Positions 31,267 through 43,988 are shown, numbered from the stretch's first letter. The stretch is DNA of 64,000 bases from an uncultured Planctomycetota bacterium (GCA_963849325.1 CAWKHF010000001.1:352001-416000), one strand, 5' to 3'. Numbers and translations: made by a program. The notes: a model not told the origin generated them from the sequence alone.

Positions 31267-32639
31267 ATGCGTATCGCATCCCTGCTGCTGCTCCTGACCG
31301 CGAGTGTGGCGACAGCGGCGGAGCCGAAGCCCTCCGGTTGGAAGGCCGGCATCGCCGTGCAGGTCATCACGCCGCAACAGCCCATGTGGATGGCCGGCTA
31401 CGCCAGCCGTAACAAGCCCGCCGAAGGCAAGCTCACCGAGTTGTACGTCAAGGCGCTGGCCCTGGAAGATCCGCACGGCGGACGGCTCGTGCTGCTGACC
31501 AGCGACCTCGTCGGCATCCCGCGTCACCTGTCGGTGGCCGTCGCCGAGGAAGTGCGCCAGCGCAAGGGATTGCCGCGCGAACGGCTGATGCTCACCGTGT
31601 CGCACACGCACTGCGGGCCGGTCCTCAACGATTCGCTGCACACCATGTACGACATGCCGCCGGAGGAAGCGAAAAAGATCGAGCCGTACACCCGAAAGGT
31701 CAAGGACTGGATGATCGACGTCATCGTCCGCGCCGTGGACGACCTGAAACCGGCCCAGCTGTCGTTCGGCACGGGCACGGCGCGCTTCGCGGTCAATCGC
31801 CGTAAACCGACGCCGCAGGGCTTCCAGAACGCCGCCAACCCGGAAGGGCCGGTCGAACACGGCGTCCCCGTGCTGCGCGTCGAGGGGCCGGACGGCAAGC
31901 TCCGCGCCGTCGCCTTCGGCTACGCCTGCCACAATACGACGCTGTCATTCTACCAGTGGTGCGGCGATTACGCCGGCTTCGCGCAGGCGTACCTCGAAGA
32001 GAAGCATCCGGCGCGACGGCCCTGTTCTGGATGGGCTGCGGCGGCGACGCCAACCCGCTGCCGCGCAGCAAGGTCGAGCTGTGTAAAAAGTACGGCCACG
32101 AACTGGCCAACGCCGTCGAGGGCGTCCTCACCGGCCGTCGGACGCCCATCGCCGGCGACAATGCCGCGCGGTACGCGACCATCGCCCTGCCATTCGACAA
32201 GCTGCCCGGCCGCGACAAGTGGGAGGCCGACCTCCGCAGCAAGCAGCACAGCGCTCGCAATCGGGCCGCGCGCTACCTGAAGCTCCTCGATGACGGCGGC
32301 AAGATCGACGATCACTATCGTCATTACCCGGTGCAGGCGTGGCGCCTGGGCGAGCTGACGTGGGTGACGCTGGGCGGCGAGGTGGTGGTCGATTACGACC
32401 TGCGCCTGAAGCGCGAGCTGGGCCGCGAGGGTCCGCTGTGGATCGCCGGCTACGCCAACGACGTGATGGCCTACATCCCCTCGCGGCGCGTGCTCCAGGA
32501 AGGCGGCTACGAGGGCGACACGTCGATGATTCCCTACGGCATGCCGGCGAAGTGGGGCCCGACCATTGAAGAGAAGATCGTCGCCAAGGTACACGAGCTA
32601 GTCAAGGAAGTGCGGGCCGACTCGCGCCGGCGTCCGTGA
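31267..32639 (+). CDS. Secreted neutral/alkaline ceramidase-like hydrolase (frameshift near 32010)
   Basis: ITP..PMWMAGYASR, SHTHCGP, GYACHNT, GCGGDANP, GEVVVDY, GYANDVMAYIPS..EGGYE. Confidence 0.85.
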
Positions 32640-32659
32640 TTCCTCATCTCCTTCGCTTA

Positions 32660-32758
32660 CAGGCTGCAACATTCTGGCGAACGGCCGGCGTAAGCCGGCT
32701 GGTAGAGGCACAAAACCAGCCGGCTTACGCCGGCCGTTCGCCAGAATGTTAGTGCCTC
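32660..32758. mobile_element. 99-bp MITE-like palindromic element inserted into a family A repeat arm, with TTA target duplication
   Basis: CTTCGC-TTA|CAGGC...36-bp perfect inverted arms (32668-32703 / 32715-32750)...AGTGCCTC|TTA-CGCTTCCCGCTCGG. Confidence 0.7.
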
Positions 32759-32929
32759 TTACGCTTCCCGCTCGGATCGTTAACCGTCCCCACGAGCCAA
32801 ACGCGCCGATTGTGCCAGCAAGGACAGGAGCGGCCCTCGTTGCATTCCTTTCCGGGCCGTTCCTTCCATTGATTCACCCCGGCGAATTCAGATAAAATGC
32901 GTAATATGGGTGGTCTCGCTAGGATGCAA

Positions 32930-32945
32930 TGGCATACAATTTGCT
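32930..32945 (+). promoter_or_regulatory. Sigma54 (-24/-12) promoter upstream of the KAS gene
   Basis: TGGCAT-ACAAT-TTGCT vs consensus TGGCAC-N5-TTGCW. Confidence 0.65.
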
Positions 32946-33119
32946 TCATGGATGAGTTTCAGGCAGGGGGGAGTCGGGATGGCTCTCCGAGGATCCAGCA
33001 GCCGTTGGCAATGCGGAGGTCAACGGGCTGTGCCCATACGGAAGGAAATGCCGTCTCTGCGTTGCAATCGGGGAGCGGGGAGCAAGCCCCTCCTCCTCGG
33101 CTTTCAGTGGAGAGAGGCC

Positions 33120-34413
33120 ATGCGTAGAGTGGTGGTGACCGGGGTGGGGGTGGTGGCCCCCAACGGGGTCGGCAAGGAGGCGTTCTGGTCGGCCTGCGTC
33201 AACGGCAAGAGCGGCGTCGGGCCGATCCGCAGTTTCGACACGTCGTCGCTGCCGGTGCAGGTCGCCGGCGAAGTGCCGGACTTCGACATCACGCCCGTTC
33301 ATGCCCAGCGTCCACCGCAAGAGCCTCAAAATCATGGGCCGGGCTGCCCGCTTCGGCGTGGCGGCGGCGGGCCTGGCCGTGCACGACAGCGGCCTGGACC
33401 TGTCGCGCGACAACCCCGAGCGCGTCGGCGTCGTCATGGGCGCGGGACTGGTGCCGATCGAGCTGCCGGAGGTGGCGCCCCTCGTGGCCGGGGCGCTGCA
33501 ACGAGCGACGGCCAGCTGCACCTGGACCGACTCGGCCACGCCGGCAAGGACACGCTGTTCCCGCTGTGGATGCTGAAGTATTTGCCGAACATGACGGCGG
33601 CGCACATCTCGCTGATCCACGGCGCCCAGGGGCCGAACAGCACGATCGTGACGGCGTGCGCCGCCAGCACGCAGGCGGTCGGCGAGGCGTTCCGTCTGAT
33701 TGCCCGCGAGGACGCCGACATCGTGCTGGCCGGCGGCGCCGACAGCCGCCTCGATCCGCTGCTGATCCTGGCCTACTCGGCGCTGGGCGCGCTCAGTCCG
33801 GCGCAGCGTCGCCCGGCGGAAGTGTCGCGGCCATTCGACGGCCAGCGCGACGGCTTCGTGCTGGGCGAGGGCGCGGGCGTGCTGGTGCTGGAGGAGTTGG
33901 AACACGCCCGGCGGCGCGGCGCGGTCATCTACGCCGAGGTGCTCGGCCTGGGCAGCAGCTTCGACGCCTACGCCGTGACCAAGCCCGACCCCGAGGCGCG
34001 CGGCGCCGCCCGCGCCATCCGCTGGGCCTTGCGCGAAGCGCACGTCGATGCCGGCGACATCGACTACATCAACGCCCACGGCACCAGCACGCGGCTCAAC
34101 GACCTGATGGAGACGGTGGCCGTCAAGCGCGTCTTCGGCCCGGCGGCGCGGACGCTGCCGCTGTCGTCGATCAAGTCGATGGTCGGCCATCTCATCGGCG
34201 CCTCCGGCGCCGTCGAGGCGGCGGCGCTGGCGCTGACGCTGCATCGACGGCGTGCTGCCGCCGACCATCAACCAGACGCACCCCGATCCCAGCTGCGATC
34301 TCGATTACGTGCCCAACTGCGCCCGCGAGATGCCGGTGCGGACGGGCCTGTCCACCAGCTTCGGCTTCGGCGGCCAGAACGCCGCCCTGGTCATGCGCCG
34401 CTATGCCGGCTGA
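33120..34413 (+). CDS. fabF: Beta-ketoacyl-ACP synthase II family (three frameshifts)
   Basis: [16 protein letters not shown] (Cys), [36 protein letters not shown]; probably a paralog. Confidence 0.85.
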
Positions 34414-34415
34414 CC

Positions 34416-34483
34416 CGTTTAGCCGCGAACTGTCGCAGCGGAGCGCTGCCTCGGCTCGCTCTCGCTGCGCGGTTCGCGGCTAT
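34416..34483. repeat. Palindromic repeat family C (degenerate)
   Basis: CGTTTAGCCGCGAAC...GTTCGCGGCTA between convergent genes. Confidence 0.65.
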
Positions 34484-35039
34484 AATCCTTGCTCCTGCTG
34501 CAGCGCCTCGGCATTGTCGGTAAACCCTGTTCCAGGCGGATACGGTCCACCTCGCCCATCACCTCATCGATGACGCCGGCGTTGATCGACACGTTGCGAT
34601 ACTCGACGACGAACGCCCACAGGTTGACGAGCAGCGTGACGGTGGCCAGCGTGGCGTGGATCGTCCACGGCCATTCCTGTCGCTGGGCGGCGGCGCCGGC
34701 GGCGGCCGTGGCGATCGGCACCAGCATGGCCAGCAGAGCGATCGGAAACGTGCGCCGCTTCAAATCGCGCGTCAGGCGCGGCAGCGGTGCGTCCGGCAGA
34801 CGATAGGCGATCGCCACTTCCTTGACCCAGCGGCCGGTGCCCAGGAAGTAGATGAAGATCAGGCAATGCACTCCGAGTGTCAGCAGCACCGCGAACAGGC
34901 CAGGTAGAAGTGGATCGGATAGAGCGGATCGTCGAGGTTCGCGCAGGCTGCCGCGCCAGCGCGACAGCCAGCCCACCGCGAAGGTCAACAGCAGCACAAA
35001 AAAATTGAACGCCGCCAGGCGCGCCAGGATGCGTGACAT
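34480..35039 (-). CDS. Hypothetical four-TM membrane protein
   Basis: HCLIFIYFLGTGRWVKEV, hydrophobic helices; probable indel near 3' end. Confidence 0.7.
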
Positions 35040-35361
35040 GGAACTCTCACAGGCAGGAAGGAACTCGAAACGGGTCGGCGAGCCCTGCCGTCTGCGCCGC
35101 TCGTGCCGAAGACCGGCGGATGTTCAGGACGATGACAAAGAGGGCGGTCCCGCCAAGGCAACCCGTCTGTGCGTCCTGTATCGTTGCGCCTCCGCCTTCG
35201 GCCGCCACGGAGGCAGAAGGATTTTGGTTCCCGTCTTGAGCCGGGCGCTATAATAGAGGGCACGAGGCGAGCCGCGACCGTCGAGTCGCGAGCGGAAGCG
35301 AACTCCGCTCCCTCACGATCGCAGCTCGGAAGGCCACAGTCGCGGAGCGTGCGAGGCGGGC

Positions 35362-35743
35362 ATGGCCGCTCTTGAGGCGACGGTTTCTTCCTTCCTTCTG
35401 CTGGCCGACGCGCCGAGGATGCAGTTGCTCGTGACGGGCCTGTGTCTCGCCGCGGCGCTGCTTCTGGGGCGCCATCGTCATCGCCCTCGTTCAGTCGCTG
35501 GTGGCAGCGGCGGACTCGAAGGATGATCTCTCGCCCAGTGCGCAGCTGGCCCATTTTCGCTCATTGTACGAGGCGGGAGCGATCAGTCAGGAGGAATTCG
35601 AGCGCCTTCGGTCCTTGCTGGGCGGCCGGATGCGCGAGGAATTCGGGGTCCCTTCGCCGGCGCCGAACGCGGCGGCGAATCCGCCCCCGGGAGACAACGG
35701 GCAGCCGCCCGACAATCCCGAGACGGGCGTCCGCCCAGCATGA
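35362..35743 (+). CDS. Small membrane protein with SHOCT-like domain (frameshift near 35470)
   Basis: TM then QLAHFRSLYEAGAISQEEFERLR. Confidence 0.65.
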
Positions 35744-35974
35744 CACGGCGAAAGTCCTTGCGGATCTTTCCGCCGCCCCGTAGAATCCGGAACGAGAAAC
35801 GAATCTGAACCTGTTACGAGGCAACCACTTCAACGGACCCCGGCGCCGCCACACCCACGACTTCTTTCTCCTCTGCATTCCGCGCTGAGCCGTTGATCGG
35901 CTGTTCTCGCAACCTATTTGCTGGCAACCGTTTCCCGACCTCTTGGCAGGTGGGGCCGACGAAAAGGAGACCGC

Positions 35975-37278
<1,304 letters not shown>

Positions 37279-37297
37279 GGCAATCCGAATCCGGCGA

Positions 37298-37338
37298 AGG
37301 CTCGGAGGGCGCGAACCCACGTTCTCCGGGCCTTTCTT
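37298..37338 (+). terminator. Probable terminator after clpX
   Basis: AGGCTCGGAG...CTCCGGGCCT followed by TTCTT. Confidence 0.5.
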
Positions 37339-37360
37339 GTTCCTGCTCTCAACGGCCCTC

Positions 37361-37416
37361 CGTATTCGCAAATTGCGAAGAAAGCGCTTGACAATTTCGC
37401 AATTTGCGAATACGCT
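37361..37416 (+). promoter_or_regulatory. higBA promoter with two palindromic operators
   Basis: TTCGCAAATTGCGAA (37365-37379) and TTCGCAATTTGCGAA (37396-37410) flank TTGACA (37388-37393); TACGCT -10 after 17 nt. Confidence 0.8.
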
Positions 37417-37554
37417 GACTTGCAGATGCCGATAGGGACAATAGTTTTGAGCCCCGTTGTTACAAGTTCTATGCTGTTAGACCATACGCAAAACCATTCA
37501 TGAAATACCCTGCTGAAACTATTCCGTTAACCTGATCGGTCGAAAGAATATGTG

Positions 37555-37950
37555 ATGCGAGTCATTTCCCCCAAGAAACTCCGCCACTTCTGGACGGATC
37601 CCCGAAATCCCGACTCGGAATCGCCTCTTCGAGCATGGAATCTGGTCGTAAGGGCAGCCGATTGGACTTGTTTTGCCGATGTCCGCAACACTTATGGCAC
37701 GGCGGATCTCGTCGGCAACCGCGTGGTTTTCAACATAGGTGGCAACAAGTATCGGCTAGTCGCCGTAATCGATTACGAAGGACACAAAGTATTTATCCGA
37801 TTCGTCCTCCGCCACGAGGATTACGAAAAAGGGCACTGGAAGAGCGATACGTTTGGTCAGGACTGGAAGCCAGGTTCACAACAGGCTCCCGCAAGTCCAG
37901 CGCCAGGCAAAGCAAAAGGACGCCACCGGAAAGGCCGTCCCAAGAAGTGA
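37555..37950 (+). CDS. higB: HigB-family toxin
   Basis: MRVISPKKLRHFW...PLRAW...ADLVGNRVVFNIGGNKYRLV..IDY...FIRFVLRHEDY. Confidence 0.92.
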   Translation: MRVISPKKLRHFWTDPRNPDSESPLRAWNLVVRAADWTCFADVRNTYGTADLVGNRVVFNIGGNKYRLVAVIDYEGHKVFIRFVLRHEDYEKGHWKSDTFGQDWKPGSQQAPASPAPGKAKGRHRKGRPKK

Positions 37951-37959
37951 GATCGAGCC

Positions 37960-38382
37960 ATGAAAACGACTCGCAAGGTTGACGACCACCGAGATGCTTA
38001 CATGGAGCTGATCCGGCGATTTCCCCTCCGCCCGATCCGCTCGGAGGAAGAACTGGACCGGGCGATGGAAGTTATTGACGAGCTAATTGATCGAGACAAT
38101 TTGGATCAGTCGGAGAAAGATTACCTAGACGTGCTCAGCGACTTGACTGAGCACTACGAATCGGCGCACCATCCCATCGAACCTGTCTCGGACGCGGAGG
38201 TGCTGGCGCATTTGATCGAGGCGAAGGGCACTACCCAGGCGAAACTCGCCCGCGAAACCCGGATTGCGGAATCGACGATCTCCGAAGTTCTCGCCGGCAA
38301 GCGAATCCTCAATCGCGTTCAGATCGGCCGGTTGGCCCGGCACTTCAACGTCGGCCCGACGGTCTTCCGCTTCAACGAGTAA
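37960..38382 (+). CDS. higA: HigA-family HTH antitoxin
   Basis: LRPIRSEEELDRA...LDVLSDLTEHYE...TQAKLA...STISEVLAGKR. Confidence 0.92.
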   Translation: MKTTRKVDDHRDAYMELIRRFPLRPIRSEEELDRAMEVIDELIDRDNLDQSEKDYLDVLSDLTEHYESAHHPIEPVSDAEVLAHLIEAKGTTQAKLARETRIAESTISEVLAGKRILNRVQIGRLARHFNVGPTVFRFNE

Positions 38383-38650
38383 TCCCGTTTCGGCGCGTCA
38401 ACTCCTCGCCGGTCGCTCCTCCGGCCTGGTCCGCAGGAGTGCGCTCGTTCGCGTTCGCCACATTTATCGGAACTTGCTTGACCGAGCCGTTGCCGACGTT
38501 TACGATGCGTGAATAGATTGTTCCGCTGGCTCATCGGTCGCCTACCTCCCGATGGGTCTGGCCCGCCGTTAGCTGCCAACCGCTGCCCGCCGTCGCGCTC
38601 CCGCCGACCGACTGTTTTCAGGAATTCGGATTGCTCAGGAGTATCTTGCC

Positions 38651-40932
38651 ATGGTCGTCTCCCTCCGTGCCCTGCTCGGGGTTCGTCGTTGCCTGGCTCT
38701 GCTGCTCGTCGGCGCCGGCCTGTTACTCACCAGCCGCACTGATGCCCAGCAACAGATCGGTTCCAACCTGCCCGCCCCGCGCCTGTTGACCGTCATGCCG
38801 CCGGGAGGCAAGATCGGCTCCACGGTCGAAGTGACCTTCACCGGCACCGACCTCGAAGAACCGGAGCACCTGCTCTTCAGCCATCCCGGCATCAAGGCCG
38901 AGATGGTCGCGGCCCCCGAGCCGCCGCCGACGCCCCAGCCGACGCCCAAAAAGGGACGACGGCAGGGCATGATGGGCAAGCCGAGCGTCAGCCGCTTCAA
39001 GGTAACACTCGCCGCCAACGTGCCGCCGGGCATCCACGATGTCCGCTTCGTCAACAAGTGGGGCGTCAGCAACCCGCGCGCCTTCGTGGCCGGCGATCTC
39101 AACGAGGTGCTCGAAAAAGAGCCGAACAACGACGTCGAGCAGGCCCAGCGCGTCGAACTGAACGCCACCGTCAACGGCTCGATGGCCGCTCCCACCGACG
39201 TGGATTACTACGTCTTCGCCGGCAAGAAGGGCCAGCGCGTCGTCTTCAGCTGCCTGGCTTCCAGCATCGACAGCCGTTTCCACGCCGGCCTGGAAGTGTA
39301 CGACAGCAAGGGCAAGCAGGTGGCGTCCGGCCGCGATTACCACGACAACGACGCCCTGGCCGACTGCACTCTGTCCGCCGACGGCGATTACTACGTTCGC
39401 CTGTTTCACTTCACGCATACGCAGGGCACCGCCGAGCACTTTTACCGTCTCCGCATCAGCACCGCTCCCTGGATCGACGCGGTTTTCCCCTGCGCCGTTG
39501 AACCCGGCAAGACGACGGCCGTGACCGTCTATGGCCGCAACCTGCCCGGCGGCAAGCTCGACCCGTCGGCCGTGGTCGAGGACCGCGTGCTGGAGAAGAT
39601 CACCGTCAACGTCACCGCTCCGACGGACGCCGGCCAGCGTCTGACGTTCGGCGGCCTGGTGGCGCCGCGCATGGCCGCCCTCGACGGCTTCGAGTACCGC
39701 CTGCGCAACGAGACCGGCTGGTCCAATCCGTTTCTGATCTCGCTGGCCCATGCTCCCGTCGTACTCGATAAGGACGGCAACGACACACCCGAGACGGCCC
39801 AGGAAGTCCCTGTTCCCTGCGAGATCGCTGGACACGTCGAGAAGCGGAGCGACCGCGACTGGTACGCCTTCGCGGCCAAAAAGGGCGACGTGTACAACAT
39901 CGAGATCCTCAGCGATCGCCTCGGCGCGCCGACCTACATGTACTTCATGCTCCGCGACCAGAAGACCGAGTTGAAGGAATCCGACGACAATCCGGACATC
40001 CTGAGTCGTGCATTCTACGCGCGGACGGAAGACCCGCAGGCGTATCGCTTCACGGTCCCGGCCGACGGCAAGTATCAGCTTCTGGTGAGCAGCCGGCTCG
40101 CCGACACGGTAGCGGGCCCGCGTCACTTCTATCGCGTCCGCATCACGCCGCCGCGGCCCGACTTCCATCTGGTGGCCCTGCCGCCGGACGACCATCGACC
40201 GGCGGGCATGACGGTCCTGGCCGGTGGTCAGCAGGCGTTCACCATTCTCGCCGTCCGCCAGGACGGCTTCGTCGGCGACATCGCCCTGACGGCCGAGGGG
40301 TTGCCGCCGGGCGTGACGGCCGCACCGCAGACTGTCGGCGGCGACCTGCGCGAGACGCGCTTCGCCGTCTCGGCCGCTCCGTCGGCCGCCGCCTGGACGG
40401 GCGAGATCAAGGTCGTCGGCACCGCTGTCATCGAGGGCAAGAAAGTGGTGCGCGAGGCTCGTTCCGGCAGTGTCGTCTGGCCGGTGCCGCCCAACCAGAA
40501 CATCCCCACCATCAGCCGCGCCGATCACAGCCTTATGCTGGCCGTGCGCCCGGCGCTCCTTACAGTCTGACCGGCACTCTCGACAAGCCGGCGCTGGCGC
40601 CAGGCGAAAAGGGCACGCTCAAGGTGAAGCTGGCTCGTCTGTCGCCGGACTTCAAGACGCCCTTGACCGTGCAGGCGCTGCAAGCCGAATTGCCGAAGGG
40701 GCTGACCTTCAACAACAATCAGCCGCTCACCATCGCCGCCAACCAGGCGGAAGCGTCGCTGGCGATCAACGTCGCCAACAACGTACCGCCGGGCACTTAC
40801 ACCATCGTCCTGCGCACGCAAACGCAGATGCCCTACAGCAAAGACCCGGCGGCCAAGCAGAAGCCGAACACTCCGGTTGTCCTGCCGTCGGCGCCGGTGA
40901 CGCTGACCATCCTGCCCAAAAAGAAGAAGTAA
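38651..40932 (+). CDS. Secreted PPC-domain (pre-peptidase C-terminal) planctomycete protein (frameshift near 40550)
   Basis: Signal peptide; PPGGKIGSTVEVTFTG, GVSNPRAF, EKEPNND, DVDYYVFAGKKGQ, DRDWYAF. Confidence 0.85.
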
Positions 40933-40945
40933 GCAACTTCAATGC

Positions 40946-41047
40946 AAAGAGAACCACGGATAACACGGATAACACGGATAAAAACAAAAAGAACAATGGG
41001 CCTCTCTTTCTTTATCCGTGTTATCCGTGTTATCCGTGGTTCTCTTT
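40946..41047. repeat. Inverted cassette of tandem nonamers (ACACGGATA-like x3 / TATCCGTGT-like x3)
   Basis: AAAGAGAACCACGGATAACACGGATAACACGGATAAA ... TTTATCCGTGTTATCCGTGTTATCCGTGGTTCTCTTT. Confidence 0.9.
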
Positions 41048-41071
41048 TTTTGATGTAAGGAGATACCTGCA

Positions 41072-42490
41072 ATGCGTTCCCTGTTCTCCCTTGGTGTCCT
41101 CGCACTGCTGCCGGGACTCGTTCTCGCCCAGCAGAAAAAATCCAAACCGCCGCAGCCGATCAAGGTCGTCGAGCTGAAACGCACCGAGCCGGTGCTGTAC
41201 GACAAGGACGTCGAGCCGATCCTGGTCAACAAGTGCGCCTTCTGTCACAGCGACAACATCAAGGAAGGCAAGCTCGACATGGGCAACTACGAGGCGCTTC
41301 TCAAGGGCGGCAAGCGCGGCGCGCCGATCGTGCCGGGCAAGTCGGGCGAGAGCTTGCTGGTCAAGCTGGCCGGCAAGACGCAGCGTCCAGCTATGCCGCC
41401 CAAGAGCGAGGAGCCGCTGACGCCGGAGGAGTTGGCCCTCCTCAAGCTGTGGATCGACCAGGGCGCCAAGGCGCCGAGCATGAGACGAGAACGCCCCAAG
41501 GTGATCGTCAGCGGGCCGCCCGCCAACGTCCATCCCGTGCTCGGCGTCGCCGTCAGCCCCGACAAGTCCGCCGTCGCCGCCTCGCGCGGCAACCAAATCC
41601 ACATTTACAACGCTGCCTCCGGAGCACACCTGCGTTCGCTGATCGACCCGCAGCTGACCGGGCCGGACAAGAAGCCGGTCAAGGCCGCTCACCTGTCGCT
41701 GGTCGATTCGCTGGCCTACAGCCCCGACGGCAAAACGATCGCCTCGGGCGCCTTCCAGGAGGTCATCCTGTGGGACGCTTCGAGCGGCGCCATTCGCCGC
41801 CGCCTGACCGGCTTCGCCGACCGCGTCGTGGCCCTGGATTTCTCGCACGACGGCAAACTGCTGGCCAGCGGCGGCGGCGCTCCGACGGCCGACGGCGAGA
41901 TCAAGGTCTTCGACGTGGCCGACGGCAAGCTGATCGTGGACATCAAGAACGGCCACAGCGACACCGTTTTCGGCGTCAGCTTCAGCCCCGACGACAAGAA
42001 GTTAGCCACCTGCGCCGCCGACAAGTTCGTCAAGACGTTCGAGCTGCCTTCGGGCAAGTTCCTCAAGTCGTTCGAGGGCCACACGCACCACGTCCTCGGC
42101 GTCGGCTGGAAGGCCGACGGCAAGCTGCTGGCCTCGGCCGGCGCCGATAACATGGTGAAGATCTGGGACTTCGACAAGGGCGAGCAGGTCCGCACCATCA
42201 CCGGCCACGGCAAGCAGGTGACGCGCCTGTTGTTCGTCGGCAAGACCGATCAGTTCGCCACGTGCAGCGGCGATCAGACGGTGCGCTTCTGGAACGTCAA
42301 CGGCGGCAACACGCGCAACTTCAGCGGCAACACCGATTACCTCTACGCCCTCGGCGTCAGCCCCGACGGCGCCCTCGTCGCCGCCGGGGGACAGGAAGGC
42401 ATCGTGCGCTTGTACAACGGCACCAACGGCCAGCTCGTCAAAACGCTGCTGCCGCCGGACGCCGAACCCGCCGCGCCGACGAAGAAGTAA
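41072..42490 (+). CDS. Planctomycete cytochrome c domain + WD40 repeat protein
   Basis: Signal peptide; CAFCH heme motif, MPP...LWIDQGA; WD40 repeats with GHSD, GHTH. Confidence 0.9.
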   Translation: MRSLFSLGVLALLPGLVLAQQKKSKPPQPIKVVELKRTEPVLYDKDVEPILVNKCAFCHSDNIKEGKLDMGNYEALLKGGKRGAPIVPGKSGESLLVKLAGKTQRPAMPPKSEEPLTPEELALLKLWIDQGAKAPSMRRERPKVIVSGPPANVHPVLGVAVSPDKSAVAASRGNQIHIYNAASGAHLRSLIDPQLTGPDKKPVKAAHLSLVDSLAYSPDGKTIASGAFQEVILWDASSGAIRRRLTGFADRVVALDFSHDGKLLASGGGAPTADGEIKVFDVADGKLIVDIKNGHSDTVFGVSFSPDDKKLATCAADKFVKTFELPSGKFLKSFEGHTHHVLGVGWKADGKLLASAGADNMVKIWDFDKGEQVRTITGHGKQVTRLLFVGKTDQFATCSGDQTVRFWNVNGGNTRNFSGNTDYLYALGVSPDGALVAAGGQEGIVRLYNGTNGQLVKTLLPPDAEPAAPTKK

Positions 42491-42503
42491 TGTCTCTAAC
42501 CTA

Positions 42504-42617
42504 AAGAGCCTCACGCAAAGAGCAGCAAAGAACGCAAAGGAAAACAAAAAATAGGCGTAAGTCGCTTTGGTCTTCCTTGTCTTTCCTTTGCGTCCTTTGC
42601 CTTTGCGTGAGGCTCTT
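42504..42617. repeat. Inverted cassette of tandem GCAAAG-core repeats
   Basis: AAGAGCCTCACGCAAAGAGCAGCAAAGAACGCAAAGG ... CCTTTGCGTCCTTTGCCTTTGCGTGAGGCTCTT. Confidence 0.8.
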
Positions 42618-42924
42618 CTAGGGAAATCTTCTAACACTCAAATCCAGTATCGAATTTGATTCGGCGTTGTATTTTTATCGCCCTCCTTCTGTCAACTTTT
42701 CCTTGCCTCTTTTTCGTATTTTTCCGGCGCGATTGCACTTCTTACAATGGTTGGAGCGCTTGTATCATCGCGCCTCCGACTTTATACAAACCACAACTGC
42801 TGAACGGATCGCAGATTACAACAATGTCTCGGCGGAAGTTTTCGGCCGCGCCGGCTCGTGGCTCAGCTTTTGCGTGTAGAGTTGAGCGTTCGGGACTCGG
42901 CCCCTCTTCGCTGGAGGCAATGGC

Positions 42925-43977
42925 ATGGCTGCACGCCCCTCGATCCTTCTCGTGCTGGCCGGGCGCTGGCATCCCTCGCCGCGTCCTATCGCACGCAAAA
43001 CTTCGTCGTCGAGGCGCCCACGCCCGAGTTCGCCAAGCAAGTCGGCGATTGGGCCGAACACTACCGCCGTCAAAAAGCGATCGACTGGCTCGGCGACGAA
43101 ATGCGGCCGTGGGGCCAACCCTGTCCGCTGCGCGTCACCGTGACGATGAACGGCTCCGGCGGAGCGACCTCGTTCGCCTTCGACCGCGGAGCGATCCTCA
43201 GCATCGACATGCACATTGAGGGCCGGGCCGATCGCCTCGTCGCCAGCGTCCTGCCGCACGAGATCACGCACACCGTCTTCGCCTACTACTTCCGCACGCC
43301 GGTGCCGCGCTGGGCCGACGAGGGCGGTTCGGTGCTGTCCGAGGACGACCAGGAGCGCGCCGTCCACGACCAGATGGTACGGCAAATCCTGCAAACGCCG
43401 CAGCCGCATGATCCCACTGCGCCGCTTGTTCGACTTGAAGGACTATCCGCGCGACGTGATGGTGCTGTACGCCGAGGGCTACTCGGTGACGAACTTCCTG
43501 GTCAGCCAGAGCAGCCGCTCGGTGTTCCTGGCGTTCGTGGCCCAGGGCATGCAAGGCAACTGGGATCGAGCGTTGCAGACGCACTACCGTTATCGCAGCG
43601 TCGAGGACCTGGAAGCGGCGTGGGTGCAGCACGTCTACAGTAATCGGCCGCAGCCGATCGAAGTGGCCAGTACGCGCGGACGAGGCGAAGTATCGCCAAC
43701 ATCGCGCGTGGTGGTGCGGCAGACCGCTCCGCCGGTGCAGCCGCTGCTCGAAGCGCCGCAGCCGATCTATCGCGGTCAGGCGCCCGGGGAGGATGAGGGC
43801 GTCGATCCGCGCCGCGAGTATCGACGGACGCCGCCGGCGCAACCTGTGTCGCGGCCGCCGCAGGGCTACCGGGTGCCGCCGCCGCCGACGGTATCGCTGG
43901 GAGCACCGGAATTCGAGCAGGCGCCGCCGGCCATGCCGCAGTTCGGCCCGCGTTCGCCGGTGGGATATTCGCCGTGA
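42925..43977 (+). CDS. Secreted gluzincin-like (HExxH) protein with Pro-rich tail (frameshifts near 42960 and 43400)
   Basis: ASYRTQNFVV, VLPHEITHTVF...PRWADEG, VLYAEGYSVTNFL. Confidence 0.7.
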
Positions 43978-43988
43978 TGTCACCCACC

